In this document: one piece after another, positions 1 to 13,203 of the stretch
Position numbering within the stretch: position 1 is the stretch's first letter
How the letters are laid out: every line of letters begins with the position of its first letter
Assembly: GCA_038496445.1 (NCBI GenBank)
Contig: JALMLS010000072.1
Span: 1-64,000, forward strand
DNA: 64,000 nucleotides
From: Trichosphaerium sp. ATCC 40318
Taxonomy: Eukaryota; Protista; Tubulinea
Direction: 5' to 3'
Translations under genes and position numbers: made by a program
Notes under the pieces: model-generated
The model's input: the letters and a program-made list of their open reading frames with translations, nothing else
Told to the model about the DNA's origin: nothing
The model's database searches: none

Positions 1-2090
1 AGAGGTCCACCTATACACGCCATCTGAAAGCCTGTGACTACGCTGTTTGACACTTGTTGTAAATCTTCAATAACTAGCACACATACACTTAGCGCAACTG
101 CATTTTTTGCTATGATACAGTACCTTGACTGTCTTTATCATCAGTGGGTACAATTGGTACTTCGCGATCTATATCAAAGGCCTAGCGTATATACTTGAGA
201 AATAAAAGCCCACATAGCCAATCAACTTACCTTGAGCCAGTACGGCGTGTTTGCACAGGGCTGGAATCTCATTAATGAGTACATTTGGCCCGTTTTTATT
301 TGGGCCAAAGCACCACACTCTTGTGTAAAAGTTAGTTTGGTCCTCGGTTGATTCACTGTACTTGTCGTAGTAGTGTTCCCATGTCGTGCCAGCATCGGTG
401 AAAAGCGCCTTGATCTTCTCTATCGCTTCTTGCTGATGCGGTCCAGAACGGACAGCTTGCTTTATCACACTTCGTTCAGTCATCAGAAAGTTTCGTATGC
501 TACACACGGCACTTAGTAAAGTACTCAACCAGTCTAATGTTACAGCGTGAAAACAGGATGTGCATGTACCTATCTGGTAATGGGAATGCTTCCAGTGTCA
601 ATGTAGCTGCCCCGACATAGGCGTTGGCTTTGATGACGGTGGTTTTAGTGTCCTCTGGCTTTGGCCGTGAGAATAGTTTCCTTGAACCGGATAATAGGCT
701 CAGAAACAGAAATCGCAATTTTAGCGAATCTCTCCTTGAGTTGGTGCACACAGTGCTGATATAAACGTTCCATTAGATACATGTACGATGCTACTGCGCC
801 AAATTTACGGTACCATTAAATGAACCTCGCCGCTCGCCTGAATAATGTGTTCTCCGGTCTTCGTTATCTGAGTCTTGACTGACGAGTCTGCCTTGTTTAG
901 TAGCTCCATACCCGTACGTAACTTTGCCATTTCCTGAGGATTCTCGGCCTCTAAAGCGACACGCATAATAGCGGGTTGTTTGGTCATCATCTCACCGAAT
1001 ACAGCAGGGTTTGGGTGGGTTGAAAGCGAGGCTGTCTTCAAGATGTGCGAAGACAGTCCACTCACACCAGCAACACAGCCAGCGGGCACGGAATCGATGG
1101 GCTGCAGTCCCCTACCAACGTTATTAGGCAAACCAAGTACTTTACTAGTAAGTGCGGCATACCTGCCCATCAGCATGTATAAATCTTGAACACTGGCTTT
1201 CGTTCTATGCTCTGTTGGGTTAGCTGGGTCGTATGCTGGCGACAACACATCAATCTCCATCCCTATGTAGCCAGTTAAGTTGCATTAGGCGTATGTAGGG
1301 GGGTCACCACGCACTTTTTTTAAAACGCCACTAAACACTCTCACCATCGCCACGAATTGGTCTTGTTCTTCTTTTTCTTTCTCTGCTGGCTTCGCAGGGG
1401 CGATGGCAGCGCTGCTCCCAGCTGTGGCAGTGACCTTTGGAGTTGTTGTGTTGGTCGTTGTCCGTTCACCTCGTGGTTGCCGTGCACGCGCTATGGGTAC
1501 GTGTTAGTGACTGTTCGCTAATGTAAAGAGTCTAGTTCTGTACGCACCTGGGATAATGTTTTTGATGATGGAGTTTTGTCGTTTTGGAAAGACTTTTGAT
1601 ACATACGCAAACACAGGCGCTGTTTCGTCTCTGCTGCATGACGTTAACGATTTCCATGCATCAGGAAACTGCTCTTCACTGCCTGAAAATATAGCATTGA
1701 TGCGATGGGCTTGTGCCTCTATAGGGTCGGGTAGTTGCCGCACTATAGTGCGCAAGACTGCTCTTGCCAAAGGCAGCCATCTACATGCGCGTCAGTGCTT
1801 GTTGTTTTTACAAGGAGTGTGTTAATCCAATTATGTTCAGTACCTGCTCATAATCAACTTTACTACAGCGCTGTCATCCTTGGTCTTTGCCACATCATTC
1901 TTTGTAACGTTCAATTTGAGAGATGATACAACTTTGCTGAGCTTTGACATGTTCCTAAATAGAAGAGGATACAACTTAGATTTTCATTCTGAACTGATTG
2001 TGGCCTTGTTCTTGAGGCATTGTACCTTTGAGGAGCGACAGCATTGTATATGGTGTGTATAGGTCCCAGTACGAACTGCACAAACATTGG
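1..2090 (-). repeat. Left arm of a ~2.1 kb inverted repeat (reverse complement of 3708-5798); duplicated internal EFL1 fragment
   Basis: Identical ORFs on opposite strands (805-1260(-) vs 4539-4994(+); 1504-1770(-) vs 4028-4294(+)). Base 1 pairs with 5798. The copies differ by a few 1-2 nt indels and substitutions. Confidence 0.95.
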
Positions 2091-2181
2091 TACCGCTTTG
2101 GCTGTCGAAGCAAAGAAGATAAGCAAACCAATTGATTTTAATGATAGTGCGCACGTGACGGTCGTTTTTTTAAAAATGCGT

Positions 2182-3707
2182 TGTGTTGTAAGCTTCATAC
2201 CTATCACCCAGCACCAACTGGACAGGACTTGTGAGTACAAGGTGCGTAGAAAGAGTCTAAGGACGTACAGTGTTTGGTGTTGGGTCCAACCAAAGCGCGG
2301 TGGTCGTAATTCCACAAGATGCTCTTGTTTGTAGGTGCGAGGTGACCAGAGTGGATGACGGTTTGAACAACCTGCAGAAAACACGTCAGACAAAATGAAC
2401 CACACGAGGAAACAATTAAAATAAAGGCCAATAGAGGCGCGTTGTTGTTATTACCCTATCATGCACCTCGGCACTCTGTAGATCTTGTGTTTGCATGACA
2501 GTGTTGCGTCTTAGATCGTTTGCAAGGTTGGAACGGAATATCACAATCTTCTTTCCGGCGTACTCTAACCGACACGGATTTGTTGTGAACACTGCATTTG
2601 GCAACTTGGAGGTAATGGACGACGTAAACACGCCAGGAATAGGCGGTGAAGGCAAGACAGCGGGTACTAGAAGGCGCATTAATGATTGGAGATTGTACAA
2701 AACAAAAATTAAATCGCCTTCATCCATGTCGATAATGTGTACCTGGGTCGCTAGGTCCTGGAACAAAGATGTATTTGAGTAGCCTCATTGAAGGAAATTG
2801 TAGAATAATCTTGGCAAGTTCTTGAAATCCTTGTGTGAGGATAGCTGTGTTGGATCCTAACACAAATTGTGGGTGTTGCAATAATTACATTTGTTTTAAA
2901 CAATCATCCCACGTGGGGATGGATTATATGACGTACCAATTGGGATTGAGGTAAAGCTACCCATAAAGACAAAGCCACTTAGTTTCATACCAGAATCGTG
3001 CATCCCTCTAAACAGCAACCGTAGTTTTGCAATTACCTACATTTCGACATTAATAAACGCCCACAGAAAAAACATAAAAAAAACCCAAAAGATAGTTGTA
3101 AAGGTGTTGACAAGTATGCGGAATCTATGAGGTGATTGATTACCTCTGGTTTATCTAGCCAGACATCAGATAGGAATACGAGTTGATCCCATGTCTGTAT
3201 CAGTGCTTGCGCTAATTGGTGTGGTGTCGAGAGCCTCAGGAGATGGAGGTAAACTGAGTCTAGATACCACGATGCGGTGAGCTATTGGTTCCAAAATAAC
3301 AAGTCCTGGAAATTTAAAGTGGTACAAATTAAACAAATAATAAAAAATTGAGTGCAATGCACGCACGTGGAAATACGTTGTCTTGTGGGTCCAGTTTGCT
3401 TGTGCCAAAACCACACAGTTTTCAGTTACTAAAACGCTTCCATAGGTCTGAATGGTACATCGAAGTAAGCCAAAACTCATAAAGGGGTACACCTGTTGCA
3501 ATTGAACCATGTCGTGTCATGCTGTCTTGCAATGACTACAAAAGGCCAACACAACTACCAGGTACGTACACGTGTTCAATGTTTACCGGAATGCGTCCAT
3601 CGCAGTCTTCAAGCCAAAATTCATTCTCGCGTAGTTGGCTCAAGAAACCCATAACCAGAGCACTCTCTTTACTGCCAACAAGGAATTGATCGTGCGGAGC
3701 TATTTGA
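2182..3707 (-). repeat. Direct duplicate of an internal POLE2 segment (copy of ~18483-20011)
   Basis: ORF 2416-2766 matches 18716-19066 (offset 16300, one aa difference). Identity begins at TGTGTTGTAAGCTTC and ends at GGAGCTATTTGA, with abrupt junctions into EFL1 sequence on both sides. Confidence 0.93.
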
Positions 3708-6632
3708 CCAATGTTTGTGCAGTTCGTACTGGGACCTATACACACCATATACAATGCTGTCGCTCCTCAAAGGTACAATGCCTCAAGAACAAGGCCACAA
3801 TCAGTTCAGAATGAAAATCTAAGTTGTATCCTCTTCTATTTAGGAACATGTCAAAGCTCAGCAAAGTTGTATCATCTCTCAAATTGAACGTTACAAAGAA
3901 TGATGTGGCAAAGACCAAGGATGACAGCGCTGTAGTAAAGTTGATTATGAGCAGGTACTGAACATAATTGGATTAACACACTCCTTGTAAAAACAACAAG
4001 CACTGACGCGCATGTAGATGGCTGCCTTTGGCAAGAGCAGTCTTGCGCACTATAGTGCGGCAACTACCCGACCCTATAGAGGCACAAGCCCATCGCATCA
4101 ATGCTATATTTTCAGGCAGTGAAGAGCAGTTTCCTGATGCATGGAAATCGTTAACGTCATGCAGCAGAGACGAAACAGCGCCTGTGTTTGCGTATGTATC
4201 AAAAGTCTTTCCAAAACGACAAAACTCCATCATCAAAAACATTATCCCAGGTGCGTACAGAACTAGACTCTTTACATTAGCGAACAGTCACTAACACGTA
4301 CCCATAGCGCGTGCACGGCAACCACGAGGTGAACGGACAACGACCAACACAACAACTCCAAAGGTCACTGCCACAGCTGGGAGCAGCGCTGCCATCGCCC
4401 CTGCGAAGCCAGCAGAGAAAGAAAAAGAAGAACAAGACCAATTCGTGGCGATGGTGAGAGTGTTTAGTGGCGTTTTAAAAAAAGTGCGTGGTGACCCCCC
4501 TACATACGCCTAATGCAACTTAACTGGCTACATAGGGGATGGAGATTGATGTGTTGTCGCCAGCATACGACCCAGCTAACCCAACAGAGCATAGAACGAA
4601 AGCCAGTGTTCAAGATTTATACATGCTGATGGGCAGGTATGCCGCACTTACTAGTAAAGTACTTGGTTTGCCTAATAACGTTGGTAGGGGACTGCAACCC
4701 ATCGATTCCGTGCCCGCTGGCTGTGTTGCTGGTGTGAGTGGACTGTCTTCGCACATCTTGAAGACAGCCTCGCTTTCAACCCACCCAAACCCTGCTGTAT
4801 TCGGTGAGATGATGACCAAACAACCCGCTATTATGCGTGTCGCTTTAGAGGCCGAGAATCCTCAGGAAATGGCAAAGTTACGTACGGGTATGGAGCTGCT
4901 AAATAAGGCAGACTCGTCAGTCAAGACTCAGATAACGAAGACCGGAGAACACATTATTCAGGCGAGCGGCGAGGTTCATTTAATGGTACCGTAAATTTGG
5001 CGCAGTAGCATCGTACATGTATCTAATGGAACGTTTATATCAGCACTGTGTGCACCAACTCAAGGAGAGATTCGCTAAAATTGCGATTTCTGTTTCTGAG
5101 CCTATTATCCGGTTCAAGGAAACTATTCTCACGGCCAAAGCCAGAGACACTAAAACCACCGTCATCAAAGCCAACGCCTATGTCGGGGCAGCTACATTGA
5201 CACTGGAAGCATTCCCATTACCAGATAGGTACATGCACATCCTGTTTTCACGCTGTAACATTAGACTGGTTGAGTACTTTACTAAGTGCCGTGTGTAGCA
5301 TACGAAACTTTCTGATGACTGAACGAAGTGTGATAAAGCAAGCTGTCCGTTCTGGACCGCATCAGCAAGAAGCGATAGAGAAGATCAAGGCGCTTTTCAC
5401 CGATGCTGGCACGACATGGGAACACTACTACGACAAGTACAGTGAATCAACCGAGGACCAAACTAACTTTTACACAAGAGTGTGGTGCTTTGGCCCAAAT
5501 AAAAACGGGCCAAATGTACTCATTAATGAGATTCCAGCCCTGTGCAACACGCCGTACTGGCTCAAGGTAAGTTGATTGGCTATGTGGGCTTTTATTTCTC
5601 AAGTATATACGCTAGGCCTTTGATATAGATCGCGAAGTACCAATTGTACCCACTGATGATAAAGACAGTCAAGGTACTGTATCATAGCAAAAAAAATGCA
5701 GTTGCGCTAAGTGTATGTGTGCTAGTTATTGAAGATTTACAACAAGTGTCAAACAGCGTAGTCACAGGCTTTCAGATGGCGTGTATAGGTGGACCTCTCA
5801 TGGAAGAACCCATGGCAGGTGTATGTATTGTAGTAAAGGATTTGCAATTGTTTGGAGGAGGGGCGGACAAGGGCCCTCTCGTAGGTGAGTACTGACACCT
5901 CTGGCAGTTTTTTTTTCTTTCAGTTTGACTTACGTTGTGCAAACAGGACAGCTCATTGCTACAATGAAAGTTGCCACCAAAAAGGCATTTCTCTGTCACG
6001 AACAGCGATTATTGGAGCTCATGCTGGACGCACATGTGTACATTAGCGATGGTACGCAGCTGTCAAAAAACGAGACATGTTTTGTCTGGTTCTATAAAAA
6101 GTTGAATCTCATTTCATCTTATTTCAATGTCAGATTCATACAAGGGTGCTACCTTCGAAGTGTTAAGGCGTAGGAGAGCAAAAATTCTTGTAGACGAAAT
6201 GAAGGAAGGCAGTAATCATATTTCGCATGTTCACGCATTGTTACCTCAAGCAGAAGCTTTTGGGTTCGCAGCAGGTTTGTCGCTCCCACTACTAGATAAA
6301 CGTTCACTAATTCACGCACGTCCGTAGAATTGTTTACTAAAACATCTGGTGCTGCAAGTGCTCATTTGGCGTTCTATGGTTGGACCATGTTGGACACAGG
6401 TAACGAAGTCATTTCCATTGTTTTTTTTTGTTTTACCTCACCTTCTGTAGATCCCAACTTTGTGCCAACAACAGAAGATGAACTAGAAGAACACGGCGAA
6501 GGTATAGGGTCCATAACACCAAACATAGCTCGCGAGTACATTGACAAAGTGAGAAGAAGGAAAGGTCTACCAGTCAAAGAAAAGCTTGTTGATGGTGCAG
6601 ATAAACAACGAACGCACAGTCGTAAAAGATAA
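3708..6632 (+). CDS. EFL1: Elongation factor-like GTPase 1 (EFL1/Ria1), 5'-truncated, multi-exon
   Basis: EF-2-family motifs PMFVQFVL, GEHIIQASGEVHL, VWCFGPNKNGPN, GPLMEEPM, LLPQAEAFGF, TSGAAS. The C-terminus NIAREYIDKVRRRKGL..EKLV..ADKQRT is typical of EFL1. The GTPase N-terminus is absent at the chimeric junction. Confidence 0.9.
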
Positions 6633-6875
6633 CGAAACAACCACCTGCCTCATCCTAACAATTTACAATAAATCACGTGTTAGTTGGCTTTTGTATTTTT
6701 TTTTTTGTTTCCAAGGCTAGGCCTCTATCTCCAAACAGCTTGTACTCTCACATGTGTGCACTACGTACCATAAAAACGTTGACTTTAAATCCATCAAAAA
6801 CTCCCAGTGGGAGCTGTAAACAGCAACAGCTTCTCAACACGCCAAACGTAGCCACGCGTTTATTGTCTAACCCTC

Positions 6876-8988
6876 ATGTCATCTAAACGAAGACGCAGCT
6901 TTAGTAATCAGGGTAAAGGAGAGCCAAAATGGCTACGACCACCAGTACAAGGTAATAAACGCCGATTTGGCCGATTGCAGTTTGGTTACAAAATAACTGT
7001 AGAATTTACACAATAATTGCTTAGGGCCATCACCACAAGCACGTTGCGCGCATACAACGACTTTTGTAGATGGTAGTCTGTACGTATTTGGAGGTACGAC
7101 GAGTGTACGCATACGTACCAACTTACGCTATTTAAAAGGATGGAACGGCAAATTCATGCTTAACGATGTTTACATTTTACAGCCTGTCAAGGGTACGCCA
7201 CAACGAACCCCCAATATTAACGCAACGAAACTAATGAATGCGTGTGCAGATTCATCAATGACTTGCACATGGACACGCCCAAAAGTATCTGGCTCCATAC
7301 CACAGCCGCGTGCAGGGCACACGGTAGTGTTGGTGGACAATAAACTAATGCTGTGGGGCGGCGGCGATGGAGAAAACTACTTGAACGATTTGTCCGTCTT
7401 TGATGTCGACACGGCCAGCTGGACAAACGCTTACACAGGCACGTACCAACTCAGCATGTAACAACGAAAAAAATGAACCCTTTGAAGAGCTCGATACGTA
7501 TATATCTCGTGTCACGTGCCCAGCTCGTTACGCGCCACACCACTAACACCTAGTAGCTGGTACATCGCCTTGCGCACGCTCACGTCACAGCGCATGCATC
7601 AAGGGTACCCACATGTATGTAATTGCCGGTGGTGGCGATAATGGAGGTGTGCACAATGACGTTTATGTTCTCGACACAGAAACAATGTCGTGGACGCGAC
7701 CACCCACCAAGGTACAACATAACCCTCTTGTTCAAAAAAACCCAAACCGTTTTTTTTTTGTTTACTGACTAACCACAGGGCATTGCGCCCATCGCGCGTT
7801 GGGGACATTCAACAACGTTTGTTGGTGATAACCTCATTGTATTTGGTGGCCATGATGGCACACGCATGTTAAACGACATTAACATCCTCAACACTGTGCG
7901 TCCCTCTTTTTTTATTAGCTACATACACTTCTTGAACGACCTCCACGAACTCAATTGGATTACGCTTAGAAAACAATGACCTGGAGCCAACCGCCACCAT
8001 ACGAACAAAACGATGAACACCCGTCCCCTCGAGCAGGACACAGCGCAACTTACGTTTCATTGGGTGACGTCAACAAACTCCTCATTTTCGGAGGTGGTGA
8101 TGGCAATAAGATCTACAACGATATTTACTTTCTCGATCTCGACGATTTCAAGTGGAGCAGACCCAAGGTAAAGGGTCCTTTGCCTGCTGCAAGATGCGCG
8201 CACACGGCAGACCTGGTAAATGGAAAACTCATCGTTTTTGGTACGTTACTTGTTCGCACATCCTACGTCCTTCTCTTTTCCGCTCACTACCTACTCGATA
8301 GGCGGAGGAGACGGTAGCAGACGCTTCAAAGACATCTACGTACTAAACACCGAACGGTTGTTGCGGTCCCACGAACCGAATAGATTCAAACCTAAAATGT
8401 CTTCTGGAAACAAACTGTCATTGGCTGGCAAGGCTGAAGAATCAAGTGGTACGAATTACTATTTTTTAATTCCTGTCTTGGCCAAGAATCCTTATTTTAA
8501 TCCTAATGCGCCTTTCACCAATAGGAGACATCACGTGTTGGCTTTCAAAGATTGGAATGGCGCGCTACGCGGATAATTTCATAAAACAGGAGATTGATCA
8601 ATCTGTTTTGCCCTTCCTCACCGAAGACCACCTGTTGAGGGTACTCAAAATCCCTACGCTTGGTGCGCGCATCAAAATTATGAACGCGATCGTAGCAATG
8701 CGCAAACAACTCAACCAAAATCAAAACTTGGCGCAAGCGTCAACGCAAACTGACCAACCACGGCCTCGTGGTGCGGTCAATAAACAGCCACAAAGACAAG
8801 TGCAACAAGCAGATAAGGATGACATGGAACAATTGATAAAAGAGTTGAATAGGGCGGCAACAATCCTTGCGGATACCATGACTCGCGTCTCGGCATTAGT
8901 AAAGTCACAGCCACAACCCTCCAACGGCAAAGCGACCCCTTCCACTGTCGCCACTGAAGCGACCAATGGGCCACAAAGCCAAACGTAA
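6876..8988 (+). CDS. Kelch-repeat (beta-propeller) protein with C-terminal SAM domain and coiled coil, multi-exon
   Basis: Repeated PxxRxxH..GGxDG..NDxxxLD Kelch units. SAM motif WLSKIGMARYADNFIKQEID..L..L.I.TLGARIKI. Confidence 0.88.
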
Positions 8989-9184
8989 CGCTGGTTTTAA
9001 AAAAAAAGTAAGATTGTAGATATAGTAAAGGCCTTTAGCGTATACTCTAAGACAATAATCTATTTCACAACCGGTTGGTTAGCGTTGGTTTGCTGTGGAC
9101 GGTGTATTGTTAAGTAAGGTTTGACCAATCTTGAGAGTTTTCACTGTTGTTTTCTCAACACCCCAACATCCCATAAACCACAAA

Positions 9185-10283
9185 ATGGCCCTCAGTCAAC
9201 AAGCTGTACAGAAGCAGCTCGAAAATATGGTCAGCTTCATGAAAAATGAGGCTAAAGAGAAAGCGAAAGAGATCGCTGTGAAAGCAGAGGGAGAGTTCAC
9301 AGAAGAGAAGGCGAGGCTTGTACAAGCACAAAAATTAAAAATTATGAATGACTTCAAGCGTCGTGAGCAAAAAGTCGAAGTAGCGAAGAAGATGTACGTG
9401 TAGTGATAATTATTGCCAAAACCACTGATTGTAGCGCTAAACAAAACCCGTAGCGCATTTTCGAACGAAAAGAACAGAGCGCGTCTTAAGAAGCTTAAAG
9501 CACGCGAAGAGGTAATGACAACAATTCAAAACCAACTTCACTGCGTAATTTGACCCAACAAACGCGTAGGGCCTATTGAGCATCTTCGAAGACACAAAAC
9601 AGAGTCTACTAGAGTTAACAGCAGACAAAGCCAAGTACACAGAGTTGCTCAAGAAAATCCTGACTCAAGTACGCACCACAGCCCCATTTTAATTTTACAA
9701 GCCTTTCTAATGAGAAAAAAAAATCTAGGGTGCCCTCAAAATGGACGAAGAGAATCTGTCGGTGAAATGTCGTGAAGTAGACAAATCCCTTGTCGAGTCC
9801 CTACTATCTCAAGTTGCTGATACTGTCCAATCAGAACACAAACTAAAGGTGACATTCAAACTCGAAGACACTTTTTTGGCTCCACCACCAGACCCAAACC
9901 AACAACAAACAAGAACATGGTAAACATACATTTTCACTTTAGCTGTAAAAAAGGACTCAAAAAAAACTCAAAAAACTACATTTTGACACACGCTTCCAAA
10001 AACTCACACTTTGGTAGTTACGGTGGTGTACAAATCTCCAGCAGCAATGGTAAAATCGTAGTTAACAACACTTTGGATGCCAGGTAATTTACAAACTATT
10101 GTTTGCGCTAAAAGAAAGAGACGAAGGGGTGATTGCCATAAAAACCCCAGACGTTCCATTTACAAAACGGAAAAAACACGAAAATCAGCTAACAAACCCT
10201 GTAGGTTATCCATTGCTTGTGAAATTGCACTTCCTGAAATTCGTGCTCTCTTGTTCGGTCGCGCAGACAGAGGCAACATCTAA
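9185..10283 (+). CDS. ATP6V1E: V-type H+-ATPase subunit E, multi-exon
   Basis: MALSQQAVQKQLENMVSFMKNEAKEKAKEI..AEGEFTEEK; GGVQISSSNGKIVVNNTLDARL; LPEIRALLFG. Confidence 0.95.
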
Positions 10284-10546
10284 GGGTCGTTTTGAAAACC
10301 ACACGGAAGCAAAAATGCTGTTTTTGACCTTGTAAAAAAGAAACAAGACAATAAATATTACATAGCCTCCCTGCACAAATGTTTTGTAGGGCAACCACGT
10401 GCATCACACGTTAAAAGTGCGCATGAAGTAAGACACAAAGGAGTGCAGGCAATATTATTTTATTGGCTTTTGTACAAAATGTGTGCTAGGTAGGCACGGT
10501 ACATCTTTCCGAGCGTATCTTGCGTAGGTGATGATTAATAAGCCAT

Positions 10547-11462
10547 TTATTTTTTCTTGCTGGCCTATTACGGAGTGAGAAATAGCCTTGGTGCGTGCGA
10601 AATGCCGCAAACAAATAGAGCAGCGTTAGCGTACGTATTTCTTTGTCCATTCCTTGACCGTTTTGTTAAATGCACTCTTGTTCGTGCGGTACTGTACAGC
10701 CACAGTCTCTTCGAGAGGGGAGTCTAGGTTTTTGTTAAATAACAAAAAGGGAAATGTTTTATAGTTGTTGTGCTGTTAAAAGCAAGTAAAAAAAAAAAAA
10801 GAGCATTACAAAAAATAGTACGCACCAACGTTTGGTTCGGCGAGCATTTGGCGTATGGTAGCGAGCACTAAAGGTGAGTTGGTATATAAAGCATATTCGT
10901 AGTAATTAAAGGCATACCATCACTGATTTTTAATTGAGGACTCCAAGAGTTACCAAGGATTTCAGCGCAAATTTGTCCGTCTAAAAAACTCGTTTAGCGT
11001 GCGAAATCATAAACGATTTTCACGGAAAGAACCATATATACAAACCTTTTTGACGTATGTTTGGGTGGTAAGTCTTGGTTAAGAACGTAACCTAAAATTG
11101 TTGGTTAACACAAAAACGTTTGGCTTTCGTTTAAAACAACTCCAAAAACTTCTTTGGCGTTTCTAACCTCTGGAGGTTTAAATGGATACTCGCTCGGTAC
11201 TGCGAGTTGTATGCTGAAGGTTCCTTTCTCGTATGGCGAGTCTGGCTACGCAGGTTTAGATCAGATGTTAAAACTTATGGTAGTAACCGTACAGGCCCTT
11301 TAATAGTGCACTTCCAGCTGTAAAGATTCTCCCCATCCAGGTCCGTTGTTGCCCATGGGATAGGCGAGGTCTTGAGCAATTTGTACTCCTGCAATCCACC
11401 AGTAAACAATTGACAAGCGCCGGTAGCGAATTTACCTTTTGAAGTCTTCTTTGTGCTGTCAT
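10547..11462 (-). CDS. Ubiquitin-conjugating enzyme E2 (Ubc4/UBE2D/UBE2L-like), multi-exon
   Basis: Spliced: MTAQRRLQKE..KGPDSPYEKGTF..YPFKPPE..YHPNI..GQICAEIL..WSPQLKI. Catalytic Cys and HPN motif are present. Confidence 0.92.
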
Positions 11463-11601
11463 CTGTGTAACGTTGTGAGCACTGAAAACCGAAGCAACTT
11501 GACTGGCCTACAAAAAATGACGCGAGACAAAAAAAAAGAGCAAACTATCATTTCGCTAAAACACTGCCAATAATCAAACCCCTACCTCCTTGGTTCTCAA
11601 T

Positions 11602-12234
11602 ATGCCTAGACGAGCCTCAAAAAAACGAATACAGCAAGTTGTACAATCTCAAACAAAACAACCACCAGCTTTTGCCGTGAAGAGCAGTAACATAAAGAAA
11701 AAGAAGAGAAAACGCGAAGGAGAGAGGAAATTGCTGTTAGAAAGTACGTTTTCACCTTGTAGTCATTGCATACGCCAAATTATGGCCTTGAACGCGTTGT
11801 GACGTTGTTTGTACTGTTGAGAAATTAATAGTTATGTTTTAAGAATTGGCGTTACAAAAACTTGAAGAGCGCAAGTTAAAGGGTGGTGATGACATTGACG
11901 TTGGTACGTGACAACACATTTTTTTTGTATCAAATTGACACATGTGTCCTTAGGATCAATGGAAGATCCTCTCGTCGACGTTTTGCGTAAACGTAGAATA
12001 CCTGTGCGACAGCAACAATCTGCCCAGGCTGCGCGAAGAGATATATTGGCGTCAGGTTAGTTGCATTTAGACAAATACATTTGATACTAACGTACAACCC
12101 TATCTGTAGAGCAAAAGCAGTACCAGGCAGTGTTGAATCACCAATCGTTCAAATCAGATCCGTTTGCAACTATACAAATGCATCTACGGAACAAGGTAGC
12201 CGCACAGCGTAAAGAAATTTTCAACGAGGAATGA
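11602..12234 (+). CDS. Ribosome biogenesis protein SLX9/FAM207A-like, 4 exons
   Basis: Basic N-terminus KKKKRKR. C-terminal EQKQYQAVLNHQSFKSDPFATIQMHLRN resembles the SLX9 signature. Confidence 0.7.
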
Positions 12235-12465
12235 TGACATGTCTGTCACATTCAATTCCCAGACTGAAATTGTACTATAAAAATAACTTGTACAACAGTG
12301 CCTTTACTGAGTAGCTGTACCACGCAAAGCAAGCATAATGTATTAACCTGCGTTGACTTTTCTTGACCGAATTGCATTTTTTTGATCTTTTAAAGCATCT
12401 ACGCCACTGCAAAGCGCATTTACGAACGTCACTTTTACCGACTTGTATAACCACAAAACCTCACC

Positions 12466-13058
12466 ATGTCAGCACCAGAAGAGAAAGGAAAAGCAACCAC
12501 CTCTGAACATATCAACCTTCGCGTTATAGCTCAAGTACGTACACACGTAATCCTTCTACCCATCCGCGTTTTCCGCGCGGGAGTTTTTTGGTGTTAAACT
12601 AAATGAAAGTGAATTAAAACGGTTGGTAGGACGGAACGGAGGTGTTGTTCAAGATTAAAAACAAAACGCAATTACGCAAACTTATGGACGCTTACTGCCA
12701 ACGACAAGCCATTGACCCTAACAGTGTCAGATTCTTATACGATGGTGAAAGGATACAAGAGGATCAAACACCAGCTGGTGTACGTAAAAATGCCATTTGG
12801 GGTCCAACCACAGCTGAATAATTTTTTTTTTTCGATCAAAGCTTATTTTCAAAACATTTTTATTTACTACCTGACTGCGCTTACACGCCTCATAGCTCGA
12901 TATGGAGGACCAAGATGTCATTGATGCCGTACTACAACAAACCGTAAGCTACCCTTTTTTTATTGTGCTTTTGTCTACACTTTGGTTGTATTGCTTGGTT
13001 TTTTCGCTATGTTAGTAATGGCAGTTGCGCTGACTTTTTTTTGCAGGGTGGTTGTTAA
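12466..13058 (+). CDS. SUMO: Small ubiquitin-like modifier (SUMO), 4 exons
   Basis: [69 protein letters not shown]. Confidence 0.97.
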
Positions 13059-13203
13059 ACGCGAATATTGAGAAAAAAAAAATGGGCTTGTTATTTTACA
13101 GGGCCTGTTGCCGTCCACTATATGTACATTGATTCTAATAAATGGAACGTCGCTTTGGTGTCCCGCCATCATTCTGTCTTTTGGATTTTTGTGATTGGAT
13201 TGT

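Noticed and set aside
1-5798. Transposon with long terminal inverted repeats
   Set aside because: The arms are EFL1 exons and introns and the spacer is POLE2. No transposase or target-site duplication is visible.
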